Under the pieces are notes generated by a model. The model searched no databases. It saw only the letters and a program-made list of their open reading frames with translations, and was not told the DNA's origin. Made by a program: the position numbers and the translations under genes. DNA of 46,840 nt. Source: a virus. Its lineage: Duplodnaviria > Caudoviricetes. Positions 40,820 through 46,840 of the stretch are shown here, piece after piece; the stretch's first letter is position 1; every line of letters starts with the position of its first letter. The stretch covers positions 1 to 46,840 of IMG/VR virus record IMGVR_UViG_3300049889_000013, one strand, 5' to 3'.

Positions 40820-42660
40820 CACTTTCCTTTCTTCTTCGGGGCCTTCTTCTTCGACGTCGGCTTGCACGTCATGTTGTGGATCTGCTCGGCCGCCGGCGTT
40901 CCGGTCAGCTCGTTGCCGCTGTCCACCATGTGATTGCCGCCGGGGATCTGGCAGCACGGGTTGTTGGCCAGGAAGTTCTCGATCGACTTCACCGCGGCGG
41001 CGATCTTCGGCTTCTCGGTCCCCGTCGCGCGCTTCAGGTTCTTCTTCAAGCCGTTCAGCTCGATGTGTGCGGCGGTGCGGATCGCGTAAGCGCGTGACGT
41101 GTAGCCAGTGTCGGTCACGCTGACCGGGCTGCTGGATCCGCCCTGGTGAATGTGCCTGTCGTGCCCGAATCGCCATAGGCCATCGACATTGCTTTTGATC
41201 ACGCGCACGATGACGTGATCGCTCCCCTTCGAGTGGATCCGCACGTTCTCGACCTGCTGCACGTAGACGCCGTGATCATTCACGCCGGGATCATCGATCA
41301 TCAGCTTCGGATCGATGTCCCTGGCCAGCAGATCCTTGATCGTGCGCTCGCGCGTGTCGTCGAGATTGTTGTGCTCACGATCGAGCGCGACGCCGTTCAC
41401 GAATGCCTCGGCCGCCTCGCGCGACTTCTTGCCGGCGTGGTACATCCGCGCCCAGTAGAGGTTTGGGAAAATGTCGAATTGCGCCGGCAGCTCCACATCC
41501 TCTTTCTTCGCCAGCGTGGTGATCGAGCTGTGCAGGTTCATCGCCCACTGAAACCAGCTCTGCTTTTGTCCGCTGTCCGCCTTCATCTCCGGGATCCACT
41601 GCTGGAGAGGACCGCCGAGCCTCCAGCCAGCGCCCGGTGAATCGTTCGGGCCCTTCTCCATCGCGTGCGCGAGCGTGCTGGAGCCGACGGCATAACCGCC
41701 GGCCATGTTCGCCTCTGCAACCTCCGCTGGCTCGTGTCCGCCCGCGTCGATCGCCGCCTTCCGCTGAACGACGGCCGGGCGCTTCCACTCCAGGAGGATC
41801 TCGCTGTCGCCGCTGCCGATGATCCAGGTCTCTTCATCGCGCGAGACGTGCAGGCCGGCCAGGTCAACATCTTCCGGCGCGATCTTGTGCGAGCCCGGGA
41901 TCTCGTCGAAGCGGAGGTACTGCGGTTTGTCCCACTTCTCGATCGGGATCAGCGGGCGCAGGATCGCGCTCGTGAGGAAGTCGCTGCCGCGGGTGAAATT
42001 GCGCAGCGCGATGCACACGTGGGGCTCGGGCGGCTCCTGGCCGGCTTCGCCACTGCTGATCATCAGCGGCGGGCTGTTCAGCACCGCGCGGAAGGGTGCC
42101 GGCTCGTCGTGCGTGCGCGAGGCGATCAGATTCTGCCGGCTCTCTTCGACCAGCTCGGCCGTGAGCTGCAGATCCTCAGGCGCGAGGGCTCCAGATTCAG
42201 ATAGCAAGACGCGCGCGGTCCACTTCTGCCCTTCGGTTCGCGGCGGCAATGTAGAGATGTCGTTGACATCTTTACTTTCCGGTTGCGCCGCGGCGGGCTC
42301 GCTCTCCAGCACAGGCAGCGCGATCGGCAGGCCTCCGTTGCTCGGCGGCGGTGCGATCTGCAGCGGGAAGAGATCCTGCTGCGGATCGTCGGGCTCCATC
42401 AGGACCTCACGCGCTTCGCGCTCGAGGATCTTCTTTCGACCCTTCGCCTGATTCAGCTCCTTCTGCAGCTCGGCCTCGCGCGCGACGGCCTTCTGCCACT
42501 CGGCGACTTTGGCCGCGTGCTTGAGATGCTTCCGCAGCGTCATGCCTTCGATCCCCTGCTCGGCGTAGAACTGCTGGATCTGCAGGTTCACTGCCTTCTG
42601 CGCCTCCATGCCACGATTTACAAACGCCTCCAGCGTCTGCAGCTCATTGGTCTCGGTCAT
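40819..42660 (-). CDS. Large hypothetical protein (~613 aa)
   Basis: GGGAG SD, TGATG coupling; N-terminal coiled coil and QQDLF motif; no family recognised. Confidence 0.7.
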   Translation of the reverse strand: MTETNELQTLEAFVNRGMEAQKAVNLQIQQFYAEQGIEGMTLRKHLKHAAKVAEWQKAVAREAELQKELNQAKGRKKILEREAREVLMEPDDPQQDLFPLQIAPPPSNGGLPIALPVLESEPAAAQPESKDVNDISTLPPRTEGQKWTARVLLSESGALAPEDLQLTAELVEESRQNLIASRTHDEPAPFRAVLNSPPLMISSGEAGQEPPEPHVCIALRNFTRGSDFLTSAILRPLIPIEKWDKPQYLRFDEIPGSHKIAPEDVDLAGLHVSRDEETWIIGSGDSEILLEWKRPAVVQRKAAIDAGGHEPAEVAEANMAGGYAVGSSTLAHAMEKGPNDSPGAGWRLGGPLQQWIPEMKADSGQKQSWFQWAMNLHSSITTLAKKEDVELPAQFDIFPNLYWARMYHAGKKSREAAEAFVNGVALDREHNNLDDTRERTIKDLLARDIDPKLMIDDPGVNDHGVYVQQVENVRIHSKGSDHVIVRVIKSNVDGLWRFGHDRHIHQGGSSSPVSVTDTGYTSRAYAIRTAAHIELNGLKKNLKRATGTEKPKIAAAVKSIENFLANNPCCQIPGGNHMVDSGNELTGTPAAEQIHNMTCKPTSKKKAPKKKGK

Positions 42661-43037
42661 CACTTGCTCCCGCGGCCGCGGCCGCGCTTGGTGGTTTCGT
42701 TGACGGGTTTGTCCGCTGCCGGCGGGAAGGGATGGCGGCCGAGCGTGAGCTGGCCGATCGCTTCCTCCTTTGTGCCTTTGAACTCGTGAAAGTCCACGCT
42801 GACCCAGCGCTGCAGCCGCTCGATGTAGAGCAGCTCCTGGATCACGCGTCGATTGCAGCCTGGGCAGATGTAGCCGCGGGCGCGGCGGTATCGATTGCCT
42901 CCATCGACCCACGGCACATCGAAGACGTTCTCGGGCGGAAGCGGCGCGCCACACACTTCGTTGCCGCAGTAGTGTTGGTCGATCGACGTCAGGGGCGGAA
43001 CATCACGGACGTCTCTGGGCATCGGGGGGATTGACAT
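42660..43037 (-). CDS. Zinc-ribbon hypothetical protein
   Basis: AGGAGG SD; CGNEVC...CPGC. Confidence 0.65.
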   Translation of the reverse strand: MSIPPMPRDVRDVPPLTSIDQHYCGNEVCGAPLPPENVFDVPWVDGGNRYRRARGYICPGCNRRVIQELLYIERLQRWVSVDFHEFKGTKEEAIGQLTLGRHPFPPAADKPVNETTKRGRGRGSK

Positions 43038-43059
43038 CGGGCCTCCTGTCAAAGAGGCC

Positions 43060-43088
43060 ATACTATGCCGCGGCATAGTCACTCACAA
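43060..43088 (-). promoter_or_regulatory. sigma70-like promoter with perfect operator palindrome
   Basis: TTGTGA-17 nt-TAGTAT; ACTATGCCGCGGCATAGT perfect 18-bp palindrome at 43062-43079. Confidence 0.7.
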
Positions 43089-43813
43089 GCCGGAAGCGCC
43101 GACGAGCCCATCAGCCAATAGATCCGCCGGCAGCTTGGGCACTTGGCAGCGTAGATGACGAAGCCGCGGCCGCTGGCAGAGAACGGGCGGGACTCGGCCG
43201 AGAAGCTTTTGTAGCTGAACGGCTGCGTGGGATCCGGCACATCGCACACGTGCGGGATCTGGATCCACTGCGGCGGGACCTTCGCGCGCACGAAGCCTTT
43301 GAAATGCCACGGCCACACTTCCGCCTCGGCGATGTCCTGGCTGATCGCGGCGCGGATGATCTTGTTGGGCCGCGTCTCCTTCTGGCCGCGGGGCCCGAGG
43401 CGGAAGCGCAGCTCGATCGTCTGGTGACAGGTGAAGGTCAGCGCCCGCTCTTCGCCGTCGGGTGTTGTGAACAGAAACGCGACGGCGGGTCCGCTCGGAT
43501 CCGCCAGCGTGATCTCATCGCAGAAGTAGCCGTCGGGGAACGGCTCGACGTGCAGCCGGTAAATCAGCTCGCACAGCGCGCCGATGTAGATCTCCAGCGG
43601 ATGATCGTTCGCCTCCGCGACGACGTCGCCGGGCATCGGCCGCGCGAGATAGATCCACACCTTCTGTTGGTGAGGGTGTGACATCGTCACTCGGTACGGC
43701 AGCCGGTTCACCAGGAGAAGCGCGTCGGTGGGATTGCCGGCGACAGCATCGACCAGCAGAAGCATCAGCTCGTGCCAGTCGATCCGCCACAACAGGCGAA
43801 GGTCGTTGCTCAT
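43079..43813 (-). CDS. Hypothetical protein, C-terminal zinc ribbon
   Basis: 244 aa; HVC...CPSC. Confidence 0.6.
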   Translation of the reverse strand: MSNDLRLLWRIDWHELMLLLVDAVAGNPTDALLLVNRLPYRVTMSHPHQQKVWIYLARPMPGDVVAEANDHPLEIYIGALCELIYRLHVEPFPDGYFCDEITLADPSGPAVAFLFTTPDGEERALTFTCHQTIELRFRLGPRGQKETRPNKIIRAAISQDIAEAEVWPWHFKGFVRAKVPPQWIQIPHVCDVPDPTQPFSYKSFSAESRPFSASGRGFVIYAAKCPSCRRIYWLMGSSALPACE

Positions 43814-43881
43814 TCTCTACCCCGAAGATCTGCGCGAGGCTCATCGGCTCGCCGCCGCGCGGCTGCGGAGCGTCGAGCTGC

Positions 43882-44640
43882 TCAAAGAGGCCACGGACCA
43901 CTTCCTCGTCGGTGCTGCGTTCCATCGCGTCCACCCTTCCTGCGGATCGGCCGGCCGGTGTCGAAGAGCCCCGGCTGTTGCGGATCTGCGTAGATCCTGA
44001 ACCCAGGCGGGTACCACTCTTCGAGCATTCCGCGCGGCCAGTCGCGTTCGTTGTCGGCGCCCTCCGGGCGCTCGAAGCGAAACCGGGGACTCTTGTACGT
44101 TGTTCGGCAGAGTCGGAAAAAATCATGCTCGTCTCTGCAGGGAATCGGTTGCAGCTTCTCACTCGGCCCTGATCGGTCTACGACGCAGACCATGCCGCGG
44201 TTTAGTTTAAGCGCACCGGCGCGGTGCAGTCGCCAGGAAAGCATCCGCCAGTAACCCGCCGGCCCGGTGTGCTCAGCCACGCGCGGACCCCAGTTGTCGG
44301 AAGTGACCAGGAGCACGCGGTGGATCCAGTCGCGATGCACGACCTCGATCACGCGCGACTCGGCGTCGGGCCGAAGCGCCAGCCCGTCGCCGTGCACATG
44401 CTGCTGGAGCTGGCGGCGCCCGATCAGATCCTCGGCCATTTCCCACAGCCGATTGTCGAACGGACCCACCGGGTTGATCGGCGACTTCGTGATCGCCACG
44501 TGCACCAGCTCGCGCGGGCCGTCGAGCTCGCGCCTCACGTGCCCGCACGTCTCCCACCGGGTGAATCCCCGGTTGAAGAGCTGGCGGAAGGTGGCCGCGT
44601 GCTGCAGGGCCAATCCCAAGCTGACATTTTGACAGGTCAT
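43882..44640 (-). CDS. Family X polymerase-like protein, catalytic residues degenerate
   Basis: CGHVRR, NWG....HTGPA, IP..DEHDFF......SP..R follow the PolX palm/thumb layout; the acidic triad is not seen. Confidence 0.6.
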   Translation of the reverse strand: MTCQNVSLGLALQHAATFRQLFNRGFTRWETCGHVRRELDGPRELVHVAITKSPINPVGPFDNRLWEMAEDLIGRRQLQQHVHGDGLALRPDAESRVIEVVHRDWIHRVLLVTSDNWGPRVAEHTGPAGYWRMLSWRLHRAGALKLNRGMVCVVDRSGPSEKLQPIPCRDEHDFFRLCRTTYKSPRFRFERPEGADNERDWPRGMLEEWYPPGFRIYADPQQPGLFDTGRPIRRKGGRDGTQHRRGSGPWPL

Positions 44641-45464
44641 TGCGATTTCCCAATAGGAGCCGTTTTAAGCCCCGCGCCGCTGCCGGGGCATAGATGAGGG
44701 GTCAGCGTCTCTTCGTGCGTGGGCGACCCCCTGCAACGCGGCAGAACGACCTTTTTGGCGCGTGGGCCTGCTGGCCGACGGGATTTGACCCTCGGGCCGG
44801 GGTTGGTGGCGGCGTACTCCCTGGCGATCCGCTCGGCGGCGATCTCCCACCGGCCGCGGCGCTCGGCCGCTTCGGGGACCGGGATCACCTGGCCAGCTCG
44901 AGAGTCGGCCGGGAACGGGATCAGCTGCATGGGGTCGTGTGCCCCCAGGAGCGTGCGGAGGGTGACCGACACGCCGGGGTTGCTGGCGGTCCATCGTTTG
45001 GTGATTGGGCCGGCGGTGATCTGCTCGTCGCGTTCGAGAAAACCGCGCAAGGCCAAAACATCGAACAGCGCTTTGACGGCGTTGTCCCGATCGGGCTTGC
45101 GCTGGCAGAAGCCTCCGTCGACCTCGCCGGCGGCGGGATCCGGATCGTTGGGCAGCGGCCAGTAGAAAACCACGTGGGCGACGATCGGCCCGCGGATCGG
45201 CACCAGCTCCTGCCGCTCCTTGATCCGCTCTTCGTACCAGCCGCGCGCACGCTTCAGCGCCTCGGAGTCTCGAATCGTCGGGATCCGCTTGCCGCCCTTC
45301 CCGAACCTCCAGCCCAGGTCCTTGTCGTGATGCGTCGTCGTTGGCGGCACGCCGTCGAGCTCGAACGCCACCATGCCCTCGACCGCCGGCGCCAGCTTCG
45401 GCCGCATGTGCGAGCCGACGTAACTCAATCCCATCTTCTTCCGCGTGGCCTGGTCGAGCTTCAT
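44637..45464 (-). CDS. rusA: RusA-family Holliday junction resolvase
   Basis: KPDRDNAVKALFDVL...F..RDEQI....ITKRW; GPI...V.FYWP. Confidence 0.8.
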   Translation of the reverse strand: MKLDQATRKKMGLSYVGSHMRPKLAPAVEGMVAFELDGVPPTTTHHDKDLGWRFGKGGKRIPTIRDSEALKRARGWYEERIKERQELVPIRGPIVAHVVFYWPLPNDPDPAAGEVDGGFCQRKPDRDNAVKALFDVLALRGFLERDEQITAGPITKRWTASNPGVSVTLRTLLGAHDPMQLIPFPADSRAGQVIPVPEAAERRGRWEIAAERIAREYAATNPGPRVKSRRPAGPRAKKVVLPRCRGSPTHEETLTPHLCPGSGAGLKTAPIGKSQ

Positions 45465-45781
45465 CGACCCCCCGCCCGCTCAAACTCCTGGAAGGCAGCA
45501 TCGACGAGCTGCTCAGCCGTGACGTTCGGATCGTCCACCATCTGCTCGATCGACGGCGCGAGCCGCTCATCGAGAAACTCATGGCAGCATCCGCAGTAGC
45601 GCGCGGTGAGGTCGTTCGTGTTGAAGCTGACCATCGAGCACTTCCGGCAGCAGATGCCGAGCCGGTTGTCCAAGCGCCCCAAAGTGACGATCAGGTATCG
45701 CGGTTCAACTTTGAGGATCATGCCAACTTTGACCGACACGCGGCCGCCGACGGTGGGCGGATCCGGGATTTGCACTTTCAT
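45461..45781 (-). CDS. Zinc-finger hypothetical protein
   Basis: I.CRKC.MVSFN.ND...RYCGCCHEF. Confidence 0.65.
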   Translation of the reverse strand: MKVQIPDPPTVGGRVSVKVGMILKVEPRYLIVTLGRLDNRLGICCRKCSMVSFNTNDLTARYCGCCHEFLDERLAPSIEQMVDDPNVTAEQLVDAAFQEFERAGGR

Positions 45782-46380
45782 CAGGTCTCCTTGGGGTAAT
45801 GAAGTACTCGCGCCCTCATCAGGCGCATCGCCTGGAACATGCCCGCGCGGTACGCGTGCGGACGCTGAGTGAGCTGGTCGGGTTTGATCGGATCGAGCAC
45901 CGCGGCGATCTCCGCGTCACGCAGAGTCGGCAGCAGGTTGCGCTTCACGCAGATCTCGCTGATGAGCTGCTCAAGGGTGGACTGGCAGCCGTTGCAGAAC
46001 GTGGTGCCCGGGAACTTCTCGCCGGCACACTTCGGGCAGACCTGGCTGTTGAGCGAGAGGCGCAGGATCGGGATCGACAGCGCGGCCTCGCGCACCATCA
46101 CCTGGCCAATCTTCAGCGCGTGCTGGTCGCCGGGGAGGATGAAGCGCACCGCGCCGAGCCGCTTGAGCGCGGCGAGCACCGCTTCGGCGTAACCATTCTC
46201 GATGCCACGGTACAGGTGCAGGGCGGTGTCTTTCGGCAGCGCACGCCAGCAGCGCGGGCAGAACGTCTTCGCCCGCGCTTTGAGCTGGCCACACCCGGGG
46301 CAGACTTCCGATCGCAGGCTGGTGATCAGGTTGATGGCTGTGAGCTGTTCCCACAGCGGAACATCGTTGGGGCTCTTCAT
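45781..46380 (-). CDS. Protein with two repeated C4 zinc-finger units
   Basis: SL.SEVCPGC...K...KTFCPRC and SL.SQVCPKC...K...TTFCNGC. Confidence 0.7.
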   Translation of the reverse strand: MKSPNDVPLWEQLTAINLITSLRSEVCPGCGQLKARAKTFCPRCWRALPKDTALHLYRGIENGYAEAVLAALKRLGAVRFILPGDQHALKIGQVMVREAALSIPILRLSLNSQVCPKCAGEKFPGTTFCNGCQSTLEQLISEICVKRNLLPTLRDAEIAAVLDPIKPDQLTQRPHAYRAGMFQAMRLMRARVLHYPKET

Positions 46381-46586
46381 CTTCTACCGCCCTTCTGATG
46401 ATCTATTTGGAAAGCAGCAGTAGTGATGTATCTGCGCGATTTGGGGATAACTCCGCGGAGCGATCGCGCAACTGTTATGCCGTGGCATAGTTGTACGCGC
46501 AGCCGAATCTGCGCGGTCTGTGGAGAAGTTGACGCATCGCTGGCGCCGGCGCTCAGGATGACGACAGGGCTGGCGCAGGCGCTCAT
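46377..46586 (-). CDS. Possible short ORF
   Basis: GAGGGGAG SD and ATGA overlaps at both ends, but weak codon bias and it contains an operator copy. Confidence 0.3.
   Translation of the reverse strand: MSACASPVVILSAGASDASTSPQTAQIRLRVQLCHGITVARSLRGVIPKSRRYITTAAFQIDHQKGGRR
46475..46490. promoter_or_regulatory. Operator palindrome copy
   Basis: TTATGCCGTGGCATAG, upstream of the 46380 operon. Confidence 0.6.
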
Positions 46587-46788
46587 TTGCTCCCCTCGGC
46601 CAGTTTGGCCAGGTGAGCGAGCACCTTCTGGATCTCTTCGGCGGTCGGCGCAGCAGGTGGGTTAGGGTGCGCTGCGCCAGGCGCTGCGCGCGGCGGCCCC
46701 GCCGGTGGCGGGTTTAGCGGTAAGTCGTTGTCAGAGGAAAGCGTTCCCGGAAGGGCTCGAACCTTCAGCCTTCGGCTTCGGAGGCCGA
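46583..46788 (-). other. Detached 3' end of int (rejoined in attP)
   Basis: In the int frame it reads through the att core as [21 protein letters not shown]...PTAEEIQKVLAHLAKLAEGSK-stop (TGA 46585-46583). Confidence 0.7.
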
Positions 46789-46815
46789 CGCTCTATCCAA
46801 TTGAGCTACGGGAAC
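46742..46815 (-). tRNA. tRNA-Arg(CCG), CCA not encoded
   Basis: GTTCCCG/CGGGAAC acceptor stem, GCTC/GAGC D-stem, TCGGC-CTCCGAA-GCCGA anticodon arm, GAAGG-TTCGAGC-CCTTC T-arm. Confidence 0.97.
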
Positions 46816-46840
46816 GTGAATGGCCTTCCGCTGACTTTAT

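Larger units (their letters stand above)
386..46788. mobile_element. Prophage (podovirus-like) integrated in tRNA-Arg(CCG)
   Basis: Flanking tRNA-derived direct repeats, adjacent tyrosine integrase, and terminase/portal/capsid/short-tail genes. No tape measure or sheath gene was recognised. Confidence 0.95.

Noticed and set aside
43515-44162. Alternative-frame ORF bridging the PolX-like gene and 43813
   Set aside because: Only a short segment (MERSTDEEVV...) looks coding, and the rest overlaps better-supported genes.
1-46840. CRISPR array, DGR/retron reverse transcriptase, IS transposase
   Set aside because: No regularly spaced repeats, RT motifs or transposase motifs were seen by eye.

Overview
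The window is almost entirely one apparently complete ~46.4 kb GC-rich prophage (386..46788). It is integrated in a minus-strand tRNA-Arg(CCG) gene (46742..46815), and the displaced host tRNA 3' half lies at 386..438 next to a host fdhD gene. The host is probably a Planctomycetota-like bacterium (inference). The phage is podovirus-like. It carries a tyrosine integrase, two paralogous small regulators, a holin/lipoprotein/glycoside hydrolase cluster and a 3836-aa polyvalent protein. It also carries putative ejection and tail proteins, capsid, scaffold, portal, terminases, a FliA-like sigma factor, RusA, a degenerate PolX and many small Cys-rich ORFs. Three observations stand out. (1) The att site lies inside the integrase ORF, so integration swaps the integrase C-terminus and also alters the tRNA T-arm. 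(2) The giant gene appears to contain nested +1-frame genes with their own ribosome-binding sites. (3) A palindrome CTATGCCRYGGCATAG overlaps several sigma70-like promoters, including those of two paralogous proteins that lack a recognisable HTH and are candidate repressors. All family assignments are by eye from motifs; no searches were run.
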